Below, in pieces: positions 35,501 to 43,590 of a DNA stretch of 56,711 nt. Position 1 is the stretch's first letter; each line of letters starts with the position of its first letter. The translations under genes were made by a program, and so were the position numbers. The stretch lies in IMG/VR virus record IMGVR_UViG_3300024259_000040, positions 1 through 56,711 of that record. One strand, written 5' to 3'. Origin of the DNA: a virus (taxonomy: Duplodnaviria; Caudoviricetes). The notes beneath the pieces are model-generated. The model worked only from the letters and a program-made list of their open reading frames with translations, did no database searches and had not been told where the DNA came from.

Positions 35501-38500
35501 CACCTGCGCGCCAGCCGAAGGCTTTGATGGTTCGGGACGACGGGGAAGGAGGCACAGAAGTCATCGGTGAGCTGGTAATGCCGGATTACGCACCGGGCGT
35601 TCCGCAGGATGCGGAACCGACGACGGAGGGCGAGGAAGCGCCCACGACGACGGCGACAGAGCCGTGGCAGCCTACCCCCGAAGCCACCCCCGAACCCGCT
35701 CCGGCCCCTGAACCCGCCGAGGCGACGCCTGTCGCTACCGATACCGGCGTCACGCTCAACGAGAATACCGAGCGCGGGACGATCGAGTTGTCGTTCGCAG
35801 GGAAACCGTCGTGGAAGGTGCGCAAGCGCCTGCGGGAATCGACGCCGAAATGGCACTGGTCGAAGACGAAAAGACTGTGGTATAACAAGGCGACCGACGA
35901 GACGCGCGCGCTGGCGCAGGAGATCGCTGGCGGCATGGCGGCGACGCCGGAAACTCCCGCAGCTGTTGGAGAAACGACCGACAGATTAGGGGATATAGTT
36001 CGCCGAATGTCTTTGGTTACGCGCGGGGAAAACGAGCGACGCCCCTCGCAAGGTGAGATGCGCGAATTGCGGGATGCTGGCTTGGCTGAAGAGACTCCAG
36101 ATCATTCGTTTTTTCTGACGGATAAAGGTCAAGAAGTCTTAGAGCCGTTTAAAGCTGCTCGCCCTGCAGAAACGACCGGGGAAGCGCCGACTGAAGCCCC
36201 GCAGGGGCCGACGCCAGAGGAAGCGCGCGCGACACGCGACACGGCGCAGCGGACGAAGGCAGCCGGCCAGCTCCGCAAGGTCGCCGAGAGCGTGCGGACG
36301 AAGGCCGAGGTGAAGATGGGCCAGGACCGACAGACCAACACGGCCCGGCGCGCCAATATGGCAGCCAACGCCGAAGCAGATGCTGCGCGCGAGCTACAGG
36401 TAGCTGAGACGATGGTCAATGTCGCTGACGCTATCGAGAGTGGTCAGGCGCCCCATCTGGCCGGCGTGCGCGCCAAGACGCACATACAGCTCCTCGATCA
36501 ATACCTGGGCAATGCCAAGTGGGACAGCGGACAGGATAAGGGCGAACGCTGGGAGGACAACAAGCAGCGACCTGTCACCGAGGAAGACCTGGAATTCGTC
36601 CGCGATCCCCGTCCGCGCGTCTGGTCGTCCACCCTGCGCGAGCTGGCTGATGCAGTCAAGGGCCAGCGCGGGACCAAAGAGGCAGCGCGAAAGGTGCGCG
36701 ACCGGGCAGGTAGCCAGGGCGATAGAGAGAAGATCACCCTCAATACCGACTCAGATCGCGACGCCGTCGAAACGCTACTGGCTATTGCCCGTAAGATGAA
36801 GAAGAACGGCAAAGAGCCGCGCGGGATGCACTCCATCGAAAACGACATTGGCGACGAATTTAAGAATTGGAGCCGTTTTAAGTCGATCGGCATAAACGAC
36901 GCGCGCGATATGCGCGACGCCCTGCGCGAGTTGATGGAGTTGCGGGGCGAGCTGAAGAAGGAAGACCCCGTCAAGGCCGCCGAGCGCGCTCTGGTGGGCC
37001 GTAAGATACCGGGATACTTCCCGACGCCGTCCGACCTATCTGACCGGCTGGTCGAGGAAGCGGGCATCCAGCCGGGCGACAAGGTGCTGGAGCCGTCGGC
37101 GGGCAAGGGCAACATCGCCGATGCCATCAAAGAGCGGCATCCCGACGCCGACCTGGACGCCATCGAGCCGGTCGAGGATTTGAGGAAGATACTGGAGAGC
37201 AAGGGCCACCGCCTTGCTGGTCGTGACTTCACCGAGCATGAGGGCGATTACGACAAGATCGTTATGAACCCGCCGTTTGAGGACGGCCAGGACATCGACC
37301 ATGTCCGGCGCGCCTACGACCAGCTCAAGCCCGGGGGCCGCCTGGTGTCCATCATGTCAGAGGGACCGTTCTTCCGCAATGACCGCAAGGCGACGACGTT
37401 CCGCGACTGGCTGGAGGGCGTCGGCGGTTTCTCCGAGTCGTTGCCGGAGGGGTCGTTCAAGAGCGCGGAAAGGCCGACCGGCGTGGCGACGCGCATGGTG
37501 GTGATCGAGAAGGCCGAGGAGACGACGACGGAAGCGCCGCAGGAGACGGTCGCAGCGGAGCCGATAGCGGCCGAAGATGGCGACACCAACACCGCCGAGA
37601 ATTATCGCACGCAGATCGACGGCGCCGAGACGGCGTTTGCAGTGGAGCGCATACAAGAGGAGATCGAGGAAGCTGGTAAGGGCGAGACGGCCCGTTGGGG
37701 CGATGCAGAGATGCAACATCTCTGGCAGGTGGCCGAGAGTAAACGTCTCGACCTGGAGCAGCAGGAGGCGCGCGAGTCTGAGGATTTTGCCCAACAGAGA
37801 CTTGTCGAGCGCGAGAAGCGATATAACGCCATCCTCGACGCTTTTCAGCGCGGAGAAGAGGTGACAGTAGCGACTCACACACGCGCGACTATACTATCTT
37901 CCCCCGATCAACTGCGCCTTACGAAGAATGGCGAGGTGCAGATGCCAGAGGGCAAGAATTGGGTAACGCTGACCGACGAACAGGTTGAGAATCTGGCGCG
38001 GCAGGTGGGCTATGATCCCGACGAGGGCGCAGCCGGCACGACAGAGCCACCGACACCACCGGGGCCGACCACTCCCGCCGCCGCCCTGGCCGAGCTGGCG
38101 ACGCTCAAGAGCCTGGACGACGACGCGCGCGCATGGTTCGAGCAGGCCATCGAGCGCCAGCCAGACGACTATAACGAACTCCTCCAGTCGGCGCGCGAAC
38201 TGAACGAAACGGCTTTTGCCGAGAAGGGCAAGGCGTTGTTCGGCGAGGATACGATGGACCTACCGGGGATGCCTCAGCGCCAGATGCCAGAGACGCCCCT
38301 ATCGACGGAGGGCGGCAAAGGACTCGAAGGGACAGCGTTGGCCGGCGCTGTCGAGGACGTGAAGGTCGAGGAGGCACAGAAGAAGCAGGGCAGTCTCTTT
38401 ACGACGACGTTCCCCGACGAGATGACCGTCAACCAGGCGATTACTTATGGCGGTGGGCTGGCGGCGAGTGAGATTGACCGGATCAAGGGCGCGGTCGGTA

Positions 38501-41500
38501 CGCCCGATGACAAGAATCTGCGCATGAATTGGGGTAAGCTGGTGTCGGGTACGAACACGATAGAAGTCTTTCTTGAAGATAATTGGGATTCGCCTATCGG
38601 CACGGTCTTACGTCAGGCAGGCGTCAGAGATGCCGAGGATGTGCAAGGATTCATTGATGCCGTTGCTGATCGCAACAGTCTTTTTGGTAAATACCCGACC
38701 AGTCTGGAAGCAGAAGCCGACAAGGCTTATCGCGAGCGCACCCTATCTTTCCCATCGCCAACGCAGCGACCGGGCGAGACGGGCGACGAGCAGGCGTTGA
38801 GCCGGTTGATGCCCATGCGCCTGGAAGCGCCGACCGGAGAGAGCGCCACAGCCGCCGCGCGCGTCTCTGCGACGGGCATCAATCCCGTCTCTATCATCGA
38901 CCAGATGGGAAAGGCTTTGGAGGTATTGGGGGCGAAAGTGCCGTTTCGTGTGGGGCGCATAGCGCAGAAAGCCAAGGGCATTTTTAAGGTTGCTCCCGAG
39001 GTGATACGCCTGCGCACCGCTAACGATATCACGACCGCCTCGCATGAGCTGGGGCATGGTGTCGAGAAGGCCGTCTTCAGTGGAATCGGCGAGGAGACAT
39101 GGGGGATTCTACCCCAACAGCATCAGATTGAGCTGGAACGCCTGGGGCGCGCGCTCTATGGTGACAAAGAGCCGGTGGCCGGCTATAAGTCCGAGGGGTG
39201 GGCCACCTTCATGCAGCTCTGGCTGGTGCGCGACAAGGAGACACAGCGCCTGGCGCCGACGCTGACGGACTTCTTCGAGAACGCCTTCCTTCCTGCCTTA
39301 CCGGAATTCCAGCGCGAGGTTAATAAGACGCGCGAACTCATCACCAATTGGCGCGAGGCGGGAGCTGTCGGTCGCGCGAAGGCGATGGTGACGGACCCAG
39401 CCTCAATTAAAGAGCGCACGCGCAGGGTAGCAAAGAAGGCGAAAGGGGCTGTCGATGAGATTAAGATGGCCATGGTCGATATGGGCCACCCACTCGATCA
39501 GTTGGCGCAGGCGGCTGGGGAGAAGATGGGCCGACCACTGCGGAATAGTGAGAACCCCTATACGATCCTGACGGCCCGCCGTATGACGGGGGCGCGCCTG
39601 GTGCGTTACATGGTTGAGGACGGGATGCTCGATGTGGCGGGCAATAAGGTGGGCGCTCCTCTGGCTGACATACAGTCGCTCGTCAAGGGCAAGGGCGATA
39701 ACTTCACGCTCTACCTGTGGGCGCGCCGCGCCCTGGCTATGTGGAACGATCCGCAGGGCGAACGTAATCCCGGCTTAGATAAAGAGGACGCCGAGCAGAT
39801 CGTCCGCGAATTAGAGACGCCAAAGTTCCAGCTCGCCGCCCAAAAGGTCTACGATTGGAATGATGGTATACTGAACTATGCAGCCCAAGCATCGCCGTCA
39901 CTGGCCGAGATGGTCGAAGCGATACGAAAGCGCGACCCAGGGGCATATATCCCCCTACGTCGAGAGTTTGAGCAGTTGACCTCCATGTACGATAAGAGCC
40001 GGGGGCAGGGGGGGAGTCCTATCGCGCGCCTGAAGGGATCAGGACGGCGTATCATCGACCCGTTCCCGACGATGATCTCTAATGCTGATCGCATAGTGTC
40101 GGCGGCGCACAAGCGCGAGGTGCTGGATGCCGCTATCCGACTGAGTCAGGTCGAGGGATTGGGCCATCTTATCGAGGAGGTGCCGCGCAACCAGGTGCCG
40201 GCCGCGCAGGTCAAGGTGGGCGACATCGTCAAGCGCCTGTGGAATGAGCAGGGGCTGGTTGTGGGCGTTCCCGAGACGGGCGACGAGGGGCCAGCGGCCC
40301 TATCGGAGGATGCGGCCGATCAGATACCCGACGAGATATTGGACGAAGCTATAACCTTTTTTATGCCGGCGTCGTTCCCCAAGGGCGAAGATCCAATTAT
40401 TCCACATCGCCAGGACGGTACGACGAAATGGTTCCAGGTGGACCGCAACCTCTGGCGGTCGCTTTCGGGTGTCGATATCTACCGCTTGCCGAAGATGGCC
40501 GATCTCTTCCTGGGCGGCCCCGCGCGCGTCTTCCGTGCCGGCACGACCGGCCTGCGAGCTTCCTTTAACCTGCTGTTCAACCCCGAGCGCGATTTACCGA
40601 CGTTTATCGCCAACACGCAATCGGGCGCGCGCATGGACCAGGTCACGATGGCCTATATGTCCGCCATGCGCGACGCGACGATGGGCAAGGTGGGGATGGA
40701 GAATGAGTGGTTTGACCTTTTCGTGCGGCAGGGGGTCGAGATGGCACAACCCCTTGGGCAAGACACGACGCCCACTAAGCGCGCCGCGCGCGAGCTGTTT
40801 GAGGGGAAAGCTGTCCGCGTGATTGATCCGCGTAACTGGCTCGACTTCTACCGCGATCTAATCTCTACTCCCGAGTCGGTGCCACGCATCGCTGAGATGC
40901 GCCTGGTCGCTAAAAAGATCGGATGGACACCCGGGCAACCCTTATCCCTCGACCAAGCACTTGAGCTGACGGTCGCTGGTAAGCAGGTGACGACAGACTT
41001 TACGGCCGCCGGATGGCTCGCGCGCACGATCAACGCCATGACGCCGTTCCATAATGCCGCCATCCAGGGGCCGCGCGTGACCCTACGCCGCATGAAAGAA
41101 GACCCGCTGACGGTGATCCCGCGCATGCTCGGCTTATTGACTATCCCAACGCTCCTGGCCTGGTGGGATAATAAGGATGAGGAGTGGTTCACCCAGCTCC
41201 CCTGGCGCGAAAGACTTTTAAACTGGCACATACCTATAGAGATGCCGGACGGTAGTAAGGAGATCGTTCGTATCCCCCGACCGTTCGAGGTGGGGCAGAT
41301 ATTCGCGGCTCTCCCCGAGCAGCTCTGTGATAGTTGGTATCGGCAAGATCCCAAGGGAATGGAGGAGTGGTTCTCGACGGTAGTGGAGACAACCGTTCCC
41401 CCGGGGCCATGGGAGAGTCCCGTTCCCAAGCTGGCGGCCGAGCAGTTGGCTAACTGGCAATTCTTTTGGGAGCGCCCCGTCGTCCCCGAGGGAGAGAAAG

Positions 41501-42420
41501 ACCACCCACCACCCGAACAGTTCAACGAGTACACGTCTCGCGCGGCGATCGTGTTAGGGGATATGTTCGGCCAGTCGCCGCGCCGCATCGACCATGCCAT
41601 ACGGGCGCTGATGGGTGGCGTCGGTGGTGATGTATCGCGCGGCCTGTTCGGGCGCGGCGAGGAGGGCGAAGGTAATATCGTCCAGCAGGTTGAGGAGTTC
41701 CTTTCCGGCGAGGAGGGCGAAGGTAATATCGTCCAGCAGGTTGAGGAGTTCCTTTCCGGCGAGGAGGGCGGGACCAGCGAGTTATCTGATTTGCCGATCT
41801 TCGGTCGCCAGTTCGTGCGCGGTGGGCAGTCGCCGGCGCGCAGTCAATCAACGGACGATCTGTATACAGCCTACGAGAAGGCGGTCCAGAAGTCGCAGTC
41901 TATTCGCCATCCCGAGACAAAAGCAGAGCGCCAGCGACGACTCCTCTTGATGGACGCGACGCGCGCCCTCGGCGCCCTGTTTGCCGTCCGCAGGGGGAGC
42001 GATAGTAAGGAGGCCCAGCGCCGCCTGAACTCCACCATAGACGAGATAGCGCAGGCAGCCCTCAACGAGTCGGAGATGGATGTGAGCGAGGATGATCGGG
42101 AGAAGTTCGCCGAGCGCCGCAAAGATGCCGAACTGGAAGAGGCGGTCGCCCAGGCGCGCGCCGGACGACTGGACGAGCATGACCGTCGTCGCGCGGTCGC
42201 CCGCGCGCACGCACAGGTGCAGGTGCTGGACAAGGGCGACGCCCGCTGGAAGCAGGCGCACGACGTGGTCAAGACGTTGACGGCCGACTATGGCGGGTTC
42301 GATAAGTACCGCCAGGTGCTGCAAAAGCAACGCACGGAGTCGGGCAAAAGCTCGGCGCTGACGGCGTTCAACAGCTCACTGAAGACATACCGCAAGCAAC
42401 TGCGCAAAACGAGCCGATAA
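32590..42420 (+). CDS. Giant polyvalent virion protein (3276 aa) with an N6-adenine-MTase-like domain and a C-terminal LPD38-like domain
   Basis: GYFPTP...VLEPSAGKGNI...IVMNPPF...LKPGGRLV (about 37012-37510); ASHELGH; RIPRPFEVGQIF...IDHAIRALMGGVG near the C-terminus. Confidence 0.8.
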   Translation: MASRFAGLTLTSPREEEEERPSRSRFAGLTLAPAPSIPEPPTPALPPSDLRPEQEAFLSGDMTMSPPSMPRVVQAGGGTSVVPTAPAQPGPSYTDQMRTEGRPLTMGGSSYGEKPNALTRGFVSGFAQQNPNALGAVAEAFGHLVQSPTGAVVLGTLAGGSPTGGIGQGIQMSAGVGERLKKASKKLRSYRAGQTYQTTGLSLKDIEDLDTALTYAGETVGQGVASTLAPLAGGAVGALVAGPGGAIAGAAGPSYVLNMGDLYDSLIDEKIPAARAAEIAAYGAIPLAALDAAGSLGILKTITGNVKRTLIKNMAKRIAAKAAKGAASEGGTEATQQIVQEVIRDFASDRDIPLDEQAMNVLDAAIGGVLTGGAMAGAGGVRPDKATDHTRAVEQVNQRLQEKITPTIPFREANEQDGNLGTAPDVLGYEERAFPQEMRERFQQDEAKAREKAQGDTARDALNQAAANIGLTEEQITGLDRASLAEAVHVHEQWQARDISNNEATEQMQALFAAAGVTQEEEAAPIQRVQSVFQEGQFAAPAVQAEPEPAPPAVEETTDEQATEIVPPKERPTLDVRGKRLELRYPKGNEAATQGSIDDVLLANMGFRYDKATKTWFGALDEERQQFAERLAAGEVMEFGGPELLRSMEQKDAARASVRKNFLDSHGQVTFQAPVRRGIGDRKGFAIFSPSTSEPGKWQATLFDEEGPVSHAVEADYDALLKEYQDDYDIDLGGAKVAEAPQQRAEETPAEPDFEGMTSLPEPRTGGPAEKLYQGIEEGTDEEKAGAVRGVHEQVIQDLTMRGRILAHVTARLKDPDLKEKERENLEAEKNTLERDVADEYGEYGNDFGLDAEEKLRAHVDQSVNQAPTKERVVADMSLEEFKATRKPPNFSSGTGEATTYAEKIAKYRAMGDEKVQGAATGNMLADKVEAQAKKLFEVEQNADSAPTVTQDAEPSTPIAAEVAATEVDEAPARQPKALMVRDDGEGGTEVIGELVMPDYAPGVPQDAEPTTEGEEAPTTTATEPWQPTPEATPEPAPAPEPAEATPVATDTGVTLNENTERGTIELSFAGKPSWKVRKRLRESTPKWHWSKTKRLWYNKATDETRALAQEIAGGMAATPETPAAVGETTDRLGDIVRRMSLVTRGENERRPSQGEMRELRDAGLAEETPDHSFFLTDKGQEVLEPFKAARPAETTGEAPTEAPQGPTPEEARATRDTAQRTKAAGQLRKVAESVRTKAEVKMGQDRQTNTARRANMAANAEADAARELQVAETMVNVADAIESGQAPHLAGVRAKTHIQLLDQYLGNAKWDSGQDKGERWEDNKQRPVTEEDLEFVRDPRPRVWSSTLRELADAVKGQRGTKEAARKVRDRAGSQGDREKITLNTDSDRDAVETLLAIARKMKKNGKEPRGMHSIENDIGDEFKNWSRFKSIGINDARDMRDALRELMELRGELKKEDPVKAAERALVGRKIPGYFPTPSDLSDRLVEEAGIQPGDKVLEPSAGKGNIADAIKERHPDADLDAIEPVEDLRKILESKGHRLAGRDFTEHEGDYDKIVMNPPFEDGQDIDHVRRAYDQLKPGGRLVSIMSEGPFFRNDRKATTFRDWLEGVGGFSESLPEGSFKSAERPTGVATRMVVIEKAEETTTEAPQETVAAEPIAAEDGDTNTAENYRTQIDGAETAFAVERIQEEIEEAGKGETARWGDAEMQHLWQVAESKRLDLEQQEARESEDFAQQRLVEREKRYNAILDAFQRGEEVTVATHTRATILSSPDQLRLTKNGEVQMPEGKNWVTLTDEQVENLARQVGYDPDEGAAGTTEPPTPPGPTTPAAALAELATLKSLDDDARAWFEQAIERQPDDYNELLQSARELNETAFAEKGKALFGEDTMDLPGMPQRQMPETPLSTEGGKGLEGTALAGAVEDVKVEEAQKKQGSLFTTTFPDEMTVNQAITYGGGLAASEIDRIKGAVGTPDDKNLRMNWGKLVSGTNTIEVFLEDNWDSPIGTVLRQAGVRDAEDVQGFIDAVADRNSLFGKYPTSLEAEADKAYRERTLSFPSPTQRPGETGDEQALSRLMPMRLEAPTGESATAAARVSATGINPVSIIDQMGKALEVLGAKVPFRVGRIAQKAKGIFKVAPEVIRLRTANDITTASHELGHGVEKAVFSGIGEETWGILPQQHQIELERLGRALYGDKEPVAGYKSEGWATFMQLWLVRDKETQRLAPTLTDFFENAFLPALPEFQREVNKTRELITNWREAGAVGRAKAMVTDPASIKERTRRVAKKAKGAVDEIKMAMVDMGHPLDQLAQAAGEKMGRPLRNSENPYTILTARRMTGARLVRYMVEDGMLDVAGNKVGAPLADIQSLVKGKGDNFTLYLWARRALAMWNDPQGERNPGLDKEDAEQIVRELETPKFQLAAQKVYDWNDGILNYAAQASPSLAEMVEAIRKRDPGAYIPLRREFEQLTSMYDKSRGQGGSPIARLKGSGRRIIDPFPTMISNADRIVSAAHKREVLDAAIRLSQVEGLGHLIEEVPRNQVPAAQVKVGDIVKRLWNEQGLVVGVPETGDEGPAALSEDAADQIPDEILDEAITFFMPASFPKGEDPIIPHRQDGTTKWFQVDRNLWRSLSGVDIYRLPKMADLFLGGPARVFRAGTTGLRASFNLLFNPERDLPTFIANTQSGARMDQVTMAYMSAMRDATMGKVGMENEWFDLFVRQGVEMAQPLGQDTTPTKRAARELFEGKAVRVIDPRNWLDFYRDLISTPESVPRIAEMRLVAKKIGWTPGQPLSLDQALELTVAGKQVTTDFTAAGWLARTINAMTPFHNAAIQGPRVTLRRMKEDPLTVIPRMLGLLTIPTLLAWWDNKDEEWFTQLPWRERLLNWHIPIEMPDGSKEIVRIPRPFEVGQIFAALPEQLCDSWYRQDPKGMEEWFSTVVETTVPPGPWESPVPKLAAEQLANWQFFWERPVVPEGEKDHPPPEQFNEYTSRAAIVLGDMFGQSPRRIDHAIRALMGGVGGDVSRGLFGRGEEGEGNIVQQVEEFLSGEEGEGNIVQQVEEFLSGEEGGTSELSDLPIFGRQFVRGGQSPARSQSTDDLYTAYEKAVQKSQSIRHPETKAERQRRLLLMDATRALGALFAVRRGSDSKEAQRRLNSTIDEIAQAALNESEMDVSEDDREKFAERRKDAELEEAVAQARAGRLDEHDRRRAVARAHAQVQVLDKGDARWKQAHDVVKTLTADYGGFDKYRQVLQKQRTESGKSSALTAFNSSLKTYRKQLRKTSR
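41655..41770. repeat. Exact 51-bp in-frame tandem duplication (GEEGEGNIVQQVEEFLS x2)
   Basis: Units start at 41655 and 41706, with a partial third at 41757. Confidence 0.9.
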
Positions 42421-42464
42421 AGGTATAGAGGTCGATTAGCGACCTTCACTCATCACTCCTACCC

Positions 42465-42510
42465 AAAAAGAGCGGGCCGCCCGAACCGTGGCGGCCCGCT
42501 CTCTCTTTTT
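42465..42510. terminator. Intrinsic (possibly bidirectional) terminator
   Basis: AAAA-AGAGCGGGCCGCC-loop-GGCGGCCCGCTCT-CTCTTTTT. Confidence 0.75.
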
Positions 42511-42525
42511 CTGGAGCTGCAGACC

Positions 42526-43131
42526 ATGAGATACCCGCAGACACTTACACTCGCCGCCCTGGTCGCCCTCGTCGGCTGTGGCCCTAACCTCCAATCGTTC
42601 CAGCAGGGTTTCGATAGCCTGGCGGCTACGTCGGAGGCGTTGACGACCGCCACGGCCACCGCCATTGATGTCGCTGCCGCTACCGAGGAGGCGGTCGCCC
42701 TACAGACGGCCCAGGCGCACGCCAGCGCCAACCGTATCCTCTCACAGGTCGAGCGCACGGACCGGGCGACCCGCCGGGCGCTGCGCGCCGCCGCACAGAA
42801 AGCGCCGACCAAGATCGTCAAGGCATTGCCGACCGATCTGGCGCCGGTGACGACGGAGATACGGCGTGTGCTGACCCATCAGAAGGACGCGCTGGGGCAA
42901 CTGGACAAGCAGCTCAAGGTATATCGCTCGGAGACGACCCGCCGCCTGGCCGATGTGACGGAAAAGCTCCGGCTGGCCAACGAGTTGATACAAACGGTCA
43001 ACGCTGGCCTACAGGGACGGTCGCCGCTGGAGGAGGGCGCGCCGGCCGGTATCGCTGGTATCGTCAGTCTCATCCTCGGTTTCGTTCTGCGCGGCTTCTA
43101 TTCTAAAAAGATGGAGGAATTATCCGCATGA
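42526..43131 (+). CDS. Lipoprotein with a C-terminal TM helix; candidate unimolecular spanin
   Basis: Lipobox LVGC at residue 18, coiled-coil body, GIAGIVSLILGFVL followed by a basic tail. Confidence 0.65.
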   Translation: MRYPQTLTLAALVALVGCGPNLQSFQQGFDSLAATSEALTTATATAIDVAAATEEAVALQTAQAHASANRILSQVERTDRATRRALRAAAQKAPTKIVKALPTDLAPVTTEIRRVLTHQKDALGQLDKQLKVYRSETTRRLADVTEKLRLANELIQTVNAGLQGRSPLEEGAPAGIAGIVSLILGFVLRGFYSKKMEELSA

Positions 43132-43538
43132 TCGACATGGCTAACCTACTCATCGTCCTGACCAAGCTGGCGTTCGTCGCGACGGTCCTGACCGTCGCTC
43201 TGGAGCAGATCTTCGACACGCGCTTTTACCAGAAGTGGCTCGGCAAGGGTATTGACGGCACGCCGTCGCGCTTCTTTCAGGTGTTCGAGCTGCGTCCCTG
43301 GATCTCCAGCGCTGTCGGTGTCTTTCTGGCCTGGAAGCTGCAACTGGCCGCTATCGCCGAAGGCACGTCGGCCGCGTACATACCGATCCCCGACGGCCTG
43401 GAGTCTGTCCCTGATGTGCTGGCGATCGACTTCATCCTGACGGGTCTGATCATCGGCGGTGGCACCAAGGCGGTCAAGAAGGTCGCCAAGCAGTTCGCCG
43501 CCACCAAGAAAGACCTGACCGGCACGCTCACTCAATAA
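43128..43538 (+). CDS. Holin-like membrane protein (about 3 TM)
   Basis: Hydrophobic segments, ILTGLIIGGG, basic C-terminus; coupled to the spanin candidate. Confidence 0.6.
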   Translation: MIDMANLLIVLTKLAFVATVLTVALEQIFDTRFYQKWLGKGIDGTPSRFFQVFELRPWISSAVGVFLAWKLQLAAIAEGTSAAYIPIPDGLESVPDVLAIDFILTGLIIGGGTKAVKKVAKQFAATKKDLTGTLTQ

Positions 43539-43590
43539 ACAACCCCTGCGGACGCCCGACCGCTCTCTCGTCTGTGAGGATTCTTTAGCT

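Noticed and set aside
42393-42420. GCCGATAA sigma28-type -10 elements (also at 12508 and 16936)
   Set aside because: No properly spaced TAAA -35 element, all lie within coding sequence, and chance occurrence is plausible
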